A stretch of DNA of 63,635 bases, filler included, from Octopus bimaculoides (Eukaryota): the NCBI RefSeq assembly GCF_001194135.2. It is 8 parts of 8 records of this genome, joined end to end, with 100 filler letters (N's around TTAATTAATTAA, not from the genome) between each part and the next. Parts side by side here need not be neighbours in the genome. Positions count along the whole stretch, not along the records: positions 21,691 to 38,587 come from NC_068993.1; 7 more parts are not named here. One strand, 5' to 3'. The translations under genes and the position numbers were made by a program. How positions within the stretch are numbered: the first letter of the stretch is position 1; every line of letters starts with the position of its first letter. The notes beneath the pieces were generated by a model that ran no database searches, was not told where the DNA came from, and was given only the letters and a program-made list of their open reading frames with translations. Positions 22,649-36,278 of this stretch are shown piece after piece.

Positions 22649-23394
22649 CAGGGGTTTTCAAACTTTTTGACTTGCGGACCCCTTTATATTTCAGGCTTTA
22701 CCTTAGGGACCCCCTTATAAACACTTATGAAATTTATACATAAATATTTGCTTAAAATAACATATTTTTACATTTATTTATTTAACAGTATTTAACAAAA
22801 TAGGTTTATTGTCAATTAAAAGATTTCGATTAAAAAACATATAAGCGTAGGAGTGGCTGTGTGNNNNNNNNNNNNNNNNNNNNNNNNNNNNNNNNNNNNN
22901 NNNNNNNNNNNNNNNNNNNNNNNNNNNNNNNNNNNNNNNNNNNNNNNNNNNNNNNNNNNNNNNNNNNNNNNNNNNNNNNNNNNNNNNNNNNNNNNNNNNN
23001 NNNNNNNNNNNNNNNNNNNNNNNNNNNNNNNNNNNNNNNNNNNNNNNNNNNNNATGTATATATATATATATATGTATGTGTGTATGTGTTTGCGTGTCTG
23101 TGTTTGTCCCCCCCCCACCAACATCGCTTGACAACCGATGCTGGTGTGTTTATGTCTTAGCGGTTCGGCAATAGAAACCGATAGAATAAGTACTAGGCTT
23201 CTAAAGAATAAGTCCTGGGGTCGACTTGCTCGACTAAAGACGGTGCTCCAGCATGGCCACAGTCAAAAGACTGAAACAAGTAAAAGAGATATATAAAATC
23301 AAATTGCCCATAAAAAGTATTTGCTGTTCACGGACCCCCTGCCTTGTCCTTGCGGACCTCCTGTGGTCCGCGGACCACAGTTTGAAAACCCCTG
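22649..23394. mobile_element. hAT MITE, second copy, carrying a SINE insertion
   Basis: Same TIRs and body as 20794-21068; TSD G[C/T]CAAAAG (22641-22648, 23395-23402). Confidence 0.9.
22845..23288 (+). mobile_element. Family A SINE inserted in the hAT MITE (partly in an N gap)
   Basis: GCGTAGGAGTGGCTGTGTG head and right arm ending GACTGAAACAAGTAAAAGAG. It interrupts the MITE sequence AAAACATATATAAAATC. Confidence 0.88.
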
Positions 23395-25400
23395 GTCAAA
23401 AGCATTCCAGCTGCAACTGCCAAATCTTGTTTTGAAGTATGTGCCAAATGTGTCCTTTCTTTCAGAAAGTAATGTGCAACTTAAAGGAAATTTGACTGGC
23501 CTTTCTAGCAAAACTGACTGCTCACACAGTCTCGCGCTAACACCGTCACTGTTGTTACAGCTATTGTTGTTGTTGTTGTTGTTGTTTTTTGTTCCTTTTT
23601 TTTTTTGTTGCTGACAATGGTGTTCCTGTCGTTGCTGGAGTCACCATTGTTGCCGTAGTTGTAATTGTTGTTATTGTTATTGTTGCTGTTGTTCTCATAC
23701 GAGTTGTCGCCACCGCGTTTTTCCTTTCCTTTTTTTTTATTTTTTCTTTGGTAGCTGTTATTGTTGCTGTCGTCATTGAATTCTCAGTATAAGCTCCACT
23801 TCCTTTTCTTTTTCTTTCGTTTTCAATACACCCCTCAACAACACATACAAATATGCACGCACGCACACACACACACACGCACACACACACAAACTCACGC
23901 GGTGGACCACTTTTTAGCCACTCCCTGTAATGTCTTCGTCATCTGTCACCCGTCTGACAAAAGAAACCATTATTATCATTATTAGGGCAGCGGATTGGCA
24001 GAATTGATAGAGCGTCTGACAAGATTAGTTCCGGCTCATTACGTTCTGAGTTCAAATCTTGTTGAGGTCAAATTTGCCTGTCATCCTCTCCTCGTCGATA
24101 AAACAATGTGCTACTCAAACGGAAGGGTTAATGCAACTGACTAACCCTACAACCCTCGAAACTGTTAGCCTTGTGTTAAAACAATAATCAATAATGTTAA
24201 TACGCTAACTTTTCGTTTTTGTACGTACCTGTTGTGTGCGTCACACTTCAAAGAAGTGGCAAAGCGAGAGAGAGGAGGACAGAGAAGAAGTAAGACAGAG
24301 AGAGAGAGAGAGAGAGAAAGGGAGAGTGAGAGAGAAAGGGCGAGTGAGAGAGAAAGGGAGAGTGAGAGAGAAAGGGAGAGTGAGAGAGAAAGTAAATGAT
24401 TTAGAGAGAAAGAGAGAGAGTAAGTGAAAGAGACAGTGAGTGGTGACAGCGTTCGTTTTGTGTTTTTAACTGTTTCAGAGAGGACGTAAGAGAGAAAGAA
24501 AGAGAGTGAGAAAGAGAAAGTGAGAGAGAAAGAGAGAGAGTGAAAGAGACAGTGAGTGGTGAGGGTGTTCGTTTTGTGCTTTTAAATGTTTATCACATCG
24601 CAAGAAAAGTCGATACATAGATACATATACACATTGTTAAATCAAAAGCGGGAGAGAAGAGGGACGCAAAGGAAGTGAAAGAGAAAGTGAGAGAGATAGT
24701 AGATACATAAATATAAAGAAAAGCCATCCATAGATACACACAGCAAATATTGGATGTCAATTTAACTTTTCATTACTACACGAGGATAAAATTAACTCAC
24801 AAATGGCTGAGTACTCAACAGACATGCATAACATTAATGTAGTTCTCAGGGAGATTCAGCCTCACACAGAATATATGTACATGCGACAGGCTTCTTTCAG
24901 TTACCATCAACCAAATTCACTCACAAGGATTTGATTGGGTCGTGGTTATAGTAGAAGACTCTTGCTCAAAGTGTCACGCAGTGGGACTGAACTCAGGACC
25001 ATGTAGTTGGGAAGCAAGCTTTTTACCACACAGTCAATTAATTTTCATTTCTTTACGTAACGTTTATACAGAAAAGTGAGTGGTAGCCAAGAAGAGGCGG
25101 TCGAGCAACACAGAACAAAATTTCTTAAAGGATATTTGATTATGAGTCCTTTTTGTTTCTAAATTTATTATTATAATTTCCAGTGATTACACCAGCTACA
25201 CCATTGGAAACCGAGATTCAAAGATACTGCATTAAGAAATAGGAAGTGGAACAAATCACACATTTACAGAAAAAAAGCAAATATTCTTACGTCCATTCGG
25301 ATGAATATATTTTTAAAGGAAATCATATCACAAGATGGTCAAGATAGAACCGACAACGCAAGAGCATGCGTGCGTGTTTGGTAACAAGACACATATATAC

Positions 25401-25511
25401 CTCAAAAGTTGCATCATAATCAGTTTCGTCGACGTATTTTTCATGTAAAATGCTAAACAAGTATTCATGTATATTAAGAAATATTTGGGGCGATGACATT
25501 TGTTATCTGCA
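25401..25511 (-). CDS. Candidate exon of an unidentified gene
   Basis: Minus-strand acceptor tttattctttcag| and donor GAG|gtatat, 111 bp. One frame is fully open; another gives MSSPQIFLNIHEYLFSILHEKYVDETDYDATFE. No family recognised. Confidence 0.28.
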
Positions 25512-27915
25512 CTGAAAGAATAAACGGAGAGAAAATTTATCATGTACGATAGGAAGAAAATATGCGTGATTTTTGCCTAGTAAGCTATAGAACGTTTAGT
25601 TTGGAGAATACACATACATTCGCACACATTTACACACAGGTATTATATATATATGCTGTCCCCTACCCATCTCTCCTCCTTCCACGTGACCGGTGTCCGG
25701 CCAGCAATGATCTTTCTTTCTTGACCTGACTGCCGACCACCAGCACCTCTTATGTCCATCTCCTATGTTCCTGCCTCTAGGCTTTCACTTCATAGACGCC
25801 AGCTCAATTTGATTCGTTCTCAGTCGAAAGACACCTGTTGTTAGTTTTTGTTGCGTACCATGTTCTCCGCTTTTTTATTTTTTCTGCCTTTGTTGCTGTA
25901 CACATTCGCTAGCTTCCTTACAAAGGAGTCTAATGCTCTTAGCTTAGACTTTTTGGGGGGCAGCCAGATCGATCCATCTCAAGTGTAACTGCCCGAAATG
26001 GTCGTGACTTCTGGAACTTGACTGAGGAAAGAAAGCTACGAATGACCCGTCTTTTTTGCCTGTCTGTCCGTCTTTGTATCGTCTATCTGTCCGAATGTTT
26101 TAATGTCGTCTATTGCGTTATTGTTCCATTTATATATATATATATATACATATATATANNNNNNNNNNNNNNNNNNNNNNNNNNNNNNNNNNNNNNNNNN
26201 NNNNNNNNNNNNNNNNNNNNNNNNNNNNNNNNNNNNNNNNNNNNNNNNNNNNATATATATACACGACGGTCTTCTTTCAGTTTCCATCTACCAAATCCAC
26301 TCACAAGGCTTTGGTTGGCCCGAGGTTATAGCAGGAGACACTTGCCCAAGGTGTCACGCAGTGGGACATATATAAACATATAGAAGCATGCATTCATTCA
26401 CATACGAACCTATATTCATTACATCTAGTCGTAGATGCACACATAGACACGCATACATACACACACTACATACACACATATATATCCATAATAACAAATA
26501 TACATTCTTATATATATATGAATACGTGTTGATTCTTACAGGTATAAATATATGACTAATGCACATACATGCGTAAACGTATATATAGTGCAAACATGAA
26601 TAAACTGATACATAAATTCATACAAAAGTATATACATTCGTAAATGCGTACATACCCCCATACATACATACATACTTACTGATTCACACTAGGCATTGCC
26701 ACTGTAAAGCGCATACACTTAGAGTTTCATTATTGAATTTTTGTGTACTGATTATGGATTAACAAAGATTCTGGTTCCAACAACAACTCTAAAAACGGAA
26801 CTTTACGCGCTAAACTTAGCAAATAAATACATACATGAATAAGCGCACTGAAATACAGTCACACATACATACACATTCATATATTTTCTGTGTGTTGGGG
26901 GTGTATGTATATATGTATGCATATGCATAAATGTATATGTATATATATATATATNNNNNNNNNNNNNNNNNNNNNNNNNNNNNNNNNNNNNNNNNNNNNN
27001 NNNNNNNNNNNNNNNNNNNNNNNNNNNNNNNNNNNNNNNNNNNNNNNNNNNNNNNNNNNNNNNNNNNNNNNNNNNNNNNNNNNNNNNNNNNNNNNNNNNN
27101 NNNNNNNNNNNNNNNNNNNNNNNNNNNNNNNNNNNNNNNNNNNNNNNNNNNNNNNNNNNNNNNNNNNNNNNNNNNNNNNNNNNNNNNNNNNNNNNNNNNN
27201 NNNNNNNNNNNNNNNNNNNNNNNNNNNNNNNNNNNNNNNNNNNNNNNNNNNNNNNNNNNNNNNNNNNNNNNNNNNNNNNNNNNNNNNNNNNNNNNNNNNN
27301 NNNNNNNNNNNNNNNNNNNNNNNNNNNNNNNNNNNNNNNNNNNNNNNNNNNNNNNNNNNNNNNNNNNNNNNNNNNNNNNNNNNNNNNNNNNNNNNNNNNN
27401 NNNNNNNNNNNNNNNNNNNNNNNNNNNNNNNNNNNNNNNNNNNNNNNNNNNNNNNNNNNNNNNNNNNNNNNNNNNNNNNNNNNNNNNNNNNNNNNNNNNN
27501 NNNNNNNNNNNNNNNNNNNNNNNNNNNNNNNNNNNNNNNNNNNNNNNNNNNNNNNNNNNNNNNNNNNNNNNNNNNNNNNNNNNNNNNNNNNNNNNNNNNN
27601 NNNNNNNNNNNNNNNNNNNNNNNNNNNNNNNNNNNNNNNNNNNNNNNNNNNNNNNNNNNNNNNNNNNNNNNNNNNNNNNNNNNNNNNNNNNNNNNNNNNN
27701 NNNNNNNNNNNNNNNNNNNATATGTATGTATGTACGTATGTATGTATGTATGTATGTATATGTATATAATGTTAACACTTATCTCATGTGTACGCATTTG
27801 CACACATATATATCTATATCTATCTATCTATCTATATACATATATATTATATACATAATAAAAGATATGTATATATACATATATATTATGCACGTATATG
27901 CATATATATATATAC

Positions 27916-28009
<94 letters not shown>

Positions 28010-28103
28010 GTGTGTATACATACACGTGTATACACGTATATGCATATATATATATGCACATACACACACGCACACGTATATATGTATACACACCCACACA
28101 CAC

Positions 28104-28149
<46 letters not shown>

Positions 28150-29048
28150 AGGGAGATAAAGGAAATCATTGAAATATGCAGATTATTTTGTGAGAACGAA
28201 TGTTATTGTAAAAAGTCGAGCCTTCCTACTCCAAATACACACCCGTCTAGGAACACAACAGTAGTCACATATACAACACGAATCACTACCCATGCGTGTA
28301 CGCATGCGCACACTCACACACACGCACATACATACATACATACATACATACATACATTTTTGTATGTTATACATTGGTATTTGTAACTGTTACGTATATG
28401 AAATTTCCATTTAACGAGACACGCTTGCAATATATAGAAATCTTGTGGTAAGTACGATGAAATTCATTAGAATGTTTAGTTGTCGATATGGATGAAATAG
28501 CTAGTCTGTTTCGTGGGGGNNNNNNNNNNNNNNNNNNNNNNNNNNNNNNNNNNNNNNNNNNNNNNNNNNNNNNNNNNNNNNNNNNNNNNNNNNNNNNNNN
28601 NNNNNNNNNNNNNNNNNNNNNNNNNNNNNNNNNNNNNNNNNNNNNNNNNNNNNNNNNNNNNNNNNNNNNNNNNNNNNNNNNNNNNNNNNNNNNNNNNNNN
28701 NNNNNNNNNNNNNNNNNNNNNNNNNNNNNNNNNNNNNNNNNNNNNNNNNNNNNNNNNNNNNNNNNNNNNNNNNNNNNNNNNNNNNNNNNNNNNNNNNNNN
28801 NNNNNNNNNNNNNNNNNNNNNNNNNNNNNNNNNNNNNNNNNNNNNNNNNNNNNNNNNNNNNNNNNNNNNNNNNNNNNNNNNNNNNNNNNNNNNNNNNNNN
28901 NNNNNNNNNNNNNNNNNNNNNNNNNNNNNNNNNNNNNNNNNNNNNNNNNNNNNNNNNNNNNNNNNNNNNNNNNNNNNNNNNNNNNNNNNNNNNNNNNNNN
29001 NNNNNNNNNNNNNNNNNNNNNNNNNNNNNNNNNNNNNNNATAAAAGAA

Positions 29049-29100
<52 letters not shown>

Positions 29101-29101
<1 letters not shown>

Positions 29102-29492
29102 TCTCTTTACTCTTTTTTACTCGTTTCAGTCATTTGACTGCGGCCATACTGGAGCACCGCTTTTAGTCGAGAAAATCGACCCCAGGTCTTATTCTTTGGA
29201 AGCCTAGTACTTATTCTATCCGTCCCTTTTTGCCGAATCGCTAAGTTAGGGGACGTAAACACACCAGCATCGTTTGTCAAGCGATGGTGGGGGGACAAAC
29301 ACACACATACATATATATATACATATATACGACGGGCTTCTTTCAGTTTCTGTCTACCAAATCCACTCACAAGGCTTTGGTCGGCCCGAGGCTATAGTAG
29401 AAGACACTTGTCCAAGGTGCCACGCAGTGGGACTGAACCCGAAACCATGGGGTTGGTAGGCAAGCTGCTTACCGCACAGCCACTCCTGCGCC
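29101..29492 (-). mobile_element. Family A SINE, full length, between (ATT)n tracts
   Basis: Reverse complement of the family A consensus from tail to ...CACTCCTGCGCC. Confidence 0.9.
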
Positions 29493-29546
<54 letters not shown>

Positions 29547-29558
29547 CATTATTATTAA

Positions 29559-29775
29559 GGCCGCGAACTGGCAGAATCGTTAAGCACGCCGAACAAAATG
29601 TTTACTGGCATTTCGTCCATCCCTATCTTGTCACTTCCAATTCCGCCGAGGTCGACTTTTACCTTTCATCCTTTCGGGGTCGATAAAGCAAGTAGCAGTT
29701 GAACACTGGGGGTCAATGTGTAATTGACTTACTCCCTTTCCCGAAATTGCTGGCCTTGTGCCAAAATTTAATATC
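29559..29775 (+). mobile_element. Family B SINE
   Basis: GGCCGCGAACTGGCAGAATCGTTAAGCACGCC...AATTCCGCCGAGGTCGACTTT...CTTTCGGGGTCGATAA. A second decayed copy follows at about 29790-29975. Confidence 0.8.
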
Positions 29776-30063
29776 ATTATTATTACTATTAAAGCGGTAA
29801 GCTAAGCAGAATCGCTAGTGCGTCGTACAAAATGCTTTGCGGTATTTCCTCCTGCTCTTTACGTACTGAATTCAAACCCTTTGCCTAGCATCCTTCTGGA
29901 TTCGATAAAATACGATGCCAGTCAAGAACTAATTAGGTCGATATAGTCGACTAATTTACTGCCCCTAAAATTGAAACATATCATCATCACCATCATCATC
30001 CTCATCCTCATCATCATCATCAGCGGCAGCAGTAGTAGTAGCAGCAGCAGCAGCAGCAGTAGC

Positions 30064-30124
<61 letters not shown>

Positions 30125-30604
30125 ATAGCAGCAGCAGTAGTAGTAGTAGTAGTAACAATGAGAAACGTATTTTTTTGTTTGTTTTTTACTTTTTCTTTTA
30201 TTGGAAACCATGAAATAGAAACAAAGCAAAGTTTTCTTTTGTATGACTATAACAATTTCTTTGAAGGTGGAATTCTGGGTCCTGAAGCCGAGCCAGCTTT
30301 TCACCTATTTATTTATTCATTTATTTATTTATTTATTTATTTATTTTTCAGAGTCGGCTCAAATATCGTTAAAGCATCAGATACTTTCTTACCAATTTTT
30401 GTTGTTGTTGGTACCGTGTTACTGTCATAATAAGTATTACTAACGATTCCGTATTGGTGAAGGTGCGGTCGTGTTTGTCTTGGTGACAGAGATGTTGTTT
30501 TGTTTTTCTTGGGTTTGTTTTCTGTATTTCTGTTTGTTTTTCGTTTTATTTCTATTTCTATTATTTTCTATTCTATAACCACCGCCGCCCCTCCCTCCTC
30601 TCTC

Positions 30605-30681
<77 letters not shown>

Positions 30682-32129
30682 CTTATTACTATTATTATTA
30701 CTATTATTGTTATTATTATTTTACTTTACCCCCGAATTTACAGCCAAATCATCTGAAGCGACAAAAATCCAATGATATCAATTACTTCCCCTGCAGTAGA
30801 ACTCTTCATTAGAAGGTTATGAAAAAGATTTTAAGGCCTTAACGACGAAAATGTTCTTTTTCCTTTGCCTCTAATGGTCTGAGCAGCTGGGCTTCACTTT
30901 ATTTGCGTGTAAAACGATCGCCGTAAAACATACTCACAGAATAAAGAAGTGAACGAGTTCAAACACAAACACATGGACACATCTATATATATACGTACAC
31001 ACAAATACCATAAACGCAACACGTCCACTCTCTATATATATATGCATGCAAACATGTGTGTGTATGTATGCGGGTAAGAACAGAAAGAAAACCACCCGAG
31101 ATGAAGATAAAAACCTATCTAAGACACCGCCTCATATACCCGTTACATACAGCCACTTTAAACAAACACATCATACGTATTATATATACGAGTAAAGAAA
31201 AAAAAGGGAGCAAATGTTTTAACGTGAACGGCAGGCCACCGGTCGAGATGCTTTCCACCGTATAGTTCGGTGCGTCTTTATTCTTGTTTGAAATTCCGTC
31301 AATGTGGAATTTTTTCCTTTTCATCATACACCGAGAAGTCGATGAATTAAATATTCAGCAGTGCATTTAATGAGATGTTCACAGCTGGCTGAGAGTATTT
31401 GACTACCAACGAGAAGGGCGATGGTTCGAATCTAATTGGTAACAGTGTCCTTCAAGAAGGATTTTTCATTTACATTTATTTATCTACTTGTTTCAGTCAT
31501 TAGACTGCGGTCATGCTGGGGCACCACCTTGAAGGATTTTAGTCGAACGAATTGACCCCAATGCTTATTTTTTTTTAAAGCCTGGTACTTATTTTATCGT
31601 TATCTTTTGCCGAACTGCAAGATTACGGAGGATTTAAAGACACCAACTTCATTTGTCAAGCGGTGGTGGGAAACTCACACACACACACAACTGGATTCTT
31701 TCAGTTTCTGTCTACCAGATCCACTCACATGGCTTTGGTCGGCCTGAGACTATAGCGGATGACACTTGCCCAAGGTGCCAGAAAAAAGTGTAAAAAAGTG
31801 TGAAAAAGCTATAAGGGCAAAACACGTCTATATGCGCACATTCTCGCATGCACGCACGCACACACGTCTATATACGTACGTAACCGCACACACGCACACA
31901 TCCACAAGCGCGCACAAAAGGTTCCATGTACACGTCTATAGACGCACAGGAAAAAAAGCAGGGTGGAAGGGAGAATACAGAAAAAATATGTGTAAAAAAT
32001 ATACAAAACAATATCTCTATAAATATGTAAAAAAATATATAAAAAATATATAAGAAATCTAAGTAAAAAGTATAGAGATAACTCGGAGTTTTATCATGGC
32101 TATCGAATAATTGTCATATATTACATATA

Positions 32130-32168
<39 letters not shown>

Positions 32169-32965
32169 TTTATTTTTGTTGCTGAGAATAATATTAATAA
32201 ATTTTAATTAATTAAAATTTCTAACACTGACATTTACGTACCTAGGGTATTTTCTCTGTAAGACATAGCTAATAGCTGAGGAATAAGTACTAGAAATTAT
32301 TGTTGCTCGCTACATGCGAAAGCTCGTTTAGCAAACCTCTTTCGATTCTGGTGTGTAATTAAGTTTAATTTAATTTACATAGTTAATGTCCAGGAGTGTG
32401 TGCGACGAACCAGTCGTGCATGAACGTCATATAATCATACGGACACGTCACTTCCTAAGAATCTGAAGACTTGTGACTATGTCAGAATTAAACTCTGTTG
32501 ACAATAATAGCAATAATTATACTCTCTAACATTTAAGAAAAGGACGCACTGTATTTTATCGGCTCCGGAACGATAACATGCAAAGTCGATTTCGGCGGGA
32601 TTTGAGCTAGTAATGTAAAGAACCAGAACGAATACCACAAGACACTTTAACAGACAGTTTAATAATCTTGTTAACCCAATAATTTTTTTATACTGTAATC
32701 AAAGGCGTACTAGGAGGTGAGTTTATCGATTTTATCCCCCCTCCCACTACTTAATTGGTATATTATTTTATCAATCATAGAATGATGAAAAACAATGTTA
32801 ACATTGGTGCCAATTTAAAGCCACACATGATGGAATGTAAATAAATACCGCAAAGTACAATGTCTGCAGTCCATTCCGGTCGAAACATTGAACTTAGGCT
32901 TTTTTGCCTCATAAAAAGCTTTCGAGCAAAATTGTAAAAGTAATGTCATATCTTTTTGTAAACTT

Positions 32966-33354
32966 TTTCTTTTTCCGCTGTTTCAGTCATTAGACAACAT
33001 CCATCCGTCCATGCTGGTGCACAGCCTTGAATAATATTTTAGTCGAATGAATCGATCCCAGTACTTAGTTTTTTTAAGTCCTGTACTTATTCTATAGGTC
33101 TCTTATGCCGAACCGCTAAGTTACAGGGACGTAAACACACCAATACTTGTTGCTAAGCAGTTGTGGGAGACAAGCACAAACACACACACACACACGTGCG
33201 CGCACGTTTATATATACGACAGGCTTATTTCAGTTTCCGTCTACCAAATCCACTCACAAGGCTTTGGTTGACCTGAGGCTATAGTAGAAAGCACCTGCCC
33301 AAGATGCTACGCAGTGGCAATGAACCCTGAACCATGTGATTTGGAAACAAGCTC
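32966..33354 (-). mobile_element. Family A SINE
   Basis: TTTCAGTCATTAG...GCCGAACCGCTAAGTTAC...(CA)n...CAGTTTCCGTCTACCAAATCCACTCAC. Another copy lies at about 31485-31780. Confidence 0.8.
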
Positions 33355-34048
33355 AACAACTTTGAGGGGAATACGAAGTCGATTAGATCGATCTCGGTCC
33401 TCCATAGGTGCTTATTTTATCGACCCCCAAGAGGATAAAAGGTAAAGTCAACGTCGGCAGAATTGGTACTGAGAATATAAAGAATCATAAGAAATGTCGA
33501 TTAACCTTTTTTTCCGATGGGTTAAAGATTCCGCCAACTCATCTTGATGTAGTTGATGAAACATTCCAATTGATTAAAATACCTTAGTAATGAGATGAAT
33601 TAGTTACTAAAAACTAGGTTTGGGTTAAAAAGAAAACGTTATATTTAATTAGAATTAAATATAAACTGCAGTCTGAAGTGAGTCTGATCATTCATTAGCA
33701 GTATGCTGACAATTCCAGACTAGTTTCGTAGTGTTTAAACCTCATTAGCATAGGCACCAAGTCTGACAAGGATTAATCGAGGAGTGAAGAGCAAAAATTG
33801 ACTTCGACGAAGATTTCAATTTACAAAATGTCAGATGATATACTGCATTTTGGAAGGCATTTTTGATCGTCTCTCGAACGATTCTTCCAATCCAAGCTTT
33901 TTATCATCACCCATTTCTATGAGTGAAAGGTGATGGTGCGAAACTCAAATAAACAAAGAACTTCGTTAAAGAAAAATGAGAGGGAAAGAAAAAAAAAGCA
34001 TGTATGTAGGATTATATGATTTGTATGTCAATATTTATAAAGATGTTA

Positions 34049-34480
34049 AGGTAGCGAGCTGGCAGAAACGTTAGCACGCCGGGCGAAATGCTTAACGGTA
34101 TTCCGTCTGTCTTTATGTTCTGAGTTCAAATTCCGCCGAGGTCGACTTTGTCTTTCATCCTTTCAAGGTCGATAAATTAAGTACCAGTTACGCACTGGAG
34201 TCGTTATAATCGACTTAATCCTTTTGTCTGACCTTGTTTGTCCCCTCTGTGTGTAGCCCCTTGTGGGCAATAAAGAAATAAGAAACGTTAGCACGCCGGG
34301 CGAAATGCTTAGCGGTATTTCATGTTTTTACATTCTGAGTTCAAATTCCACCGAGGTCGACTTTGCCTTTCATTCTTTCGGGGTCGATAAATTAAGTACC
34401 AATTGCGTTCTTGGGTCGATCTAATCGACTGGCTCCCTTCCCCCAAAATTTCAGGCCTTGTGCCTAGAATAGAAAAGAAT
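34049..34480 (+). mobile_element. Head-to-tail dimer of family B SINEs with two different tails
   Basis: Unit 1 (34049-34281) ends GCCCCTTGTGGGCAATAAAGAAATA. Unit 2 restarts at AGAAACGTTAGCACGCCGGG and ends GGCCTTGTGCCTAGAATAGAAAAGAAT. Confidence 0.85.
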
Positions 34481-35778
34481 ATTTATAAAGAAAGTGTTCT
34501 AGCGTCCAAAACTAACAAAATATTATGCATCTTTAAAAGCAAGAAACAAAACACATTTGTTTATGATTACATAACGTTACGAAGTTTAAGACACCAATAA
34601 TCTATCAGTCTAAACACGATTTCTTGTTTTATGACCTTAAAGAGGCCAATACATGCCAAACCAAGCTAAACCAAGCAATGTCTGGCATTGTTGAGAAAGA
34701 AGTTAAATTTCTTCTCCACGAAAAAAATAATAAAAAAGAAGATAGATTAACAGGAGGTTGGGTGAGGAAAATGAATACATGGAACACCACACGTCCACCT
34801 TAAACAAAAAGATGGGAATGGTTTAGGGTGGGATGGAGTTGACTTTTATTTTTATTATTTTCTTTTTTTAAGGGGTTAACAAAAAGGAAGCAAAACTAAA
34901 AACGAGAGGAAGATTAGCATTACATTAGTTTTAAATGTTTATTTATTTTTTTGTTTTAAGGGGTTAACAAAAGGAAGCTTAGAAAAAAAAAAGGGAGCGG
35001 AAGATTAGCATTATTTTATACGTTATATTTTCCGTTTGGTTATTTTTTGATTGATTTATTTATTTGTGTGTTTTAAGGGGTAATATAATATAAAAGAAGG
35101 GCTAGAGAGATACATGTTTGTATTTTTTTTTATTTGTTCATTTATTTTGTTCTTTTTTTTGGGGGGGGGAGTAAACAAAAGCTTCCTCGATTTTTTTTTC
35201 TTTTGCTGATGATGATATTGTATTTACCATTATTGTGCCTTACCAGAAGAAAAGCAAAAACAGATAAAGGCATCTGGAGAGAATGTGAGGTTGTTCTTGG
35301 ACTGTTGTTATTGTTTTATATATTGTATTTTGTTGCTGTTATTCCTGTTTCTTTTTTTTTTGTTGTTATTGTTGCTGCTGTCGCTGCTGCTGTTATCATA
35401 GCTTTTTGTTGTAGTTGTTGTTGTTGTCTTTTCCGCCACCGATGACGAGATCGAGTGAGAGTCTATAATTTTCGGGACTGATACCCAGAAAAATAAGAAA
35501 GAAAGAAAGAATTCAAAAACAAACAAATAAATAAATAAATAAATAAAATGTAAAGGAAAACAAAACAAAACAAAAAAAATATAAATGAAATGAAATAAAA
35601 TAAAATAAAATAGAACTGGAGCGATGAAAGATATTTTCTTCTGCATCAGAGACAAATTCTTCAGTGAAGGGTAAAGTGAAATTACTCACTTTACCCTGGA
35701 TCACAACTAAAGTAGGAGGTTTTTCTGATCGCTGGTTTCTGTGTGTATGTGAATGGTATACGTACATACATAGATACA

Positions 35779-35816
<38 letters not shown>

Positions 35817-35834
35817 TTTGGGTCTATCCGACAA

Positions 35835-35881
<47 letters not shown>

Positions 35882-36237
35882 ATTTGCATCTAGTCACGTA
35901 TACACATACATGTATACACGTTCACACACACGTATACACATTCACACACACATGCATATATACGCAACATATTTCTGCAAGCATATGTGTGTGCGTGTTT
36001 ATGCGCGAATACAAACGCGTTTATGCGTGAATACATTTGTGAATACGTACATGTGTGTGATTATAAGTGTGGATATATGTCTCTCCCTCCCTCTCTCCCC
36101 CCTCTCTCTCTATATGTATATACATATACATATTTATGTATATATACATATATAAACATACATTTTATATGTATGAACATAAAGGCATATATATATATGC
36201 ACATATTTATACGTACTTATATGTGCATATATATATA

Positions 36238-36278
<41 letters not shown>

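Noticed and set aside
24280-24592. Arg/Glu-rich ORF and GA-rich 18-bp and about 117-bp repeats
   Set aside because: Low-complexity purine tract; the translation is a by-product.
26816-29207. Long ORFs of 160-360 aa here and at 39351-40226 and 50502-51552
   Set aside because: They consist of N runs and dinucleotide repeats (poly-YI, CV, HT, LS); not genes.
34860-35110. Three diverged copies of TTTTAAGGGGT[T/A]AAC...GGAAGATTAGCATTA
   Set aside because: A short, decayed local repeat in low-complexity sequence; no further structure could be supported.
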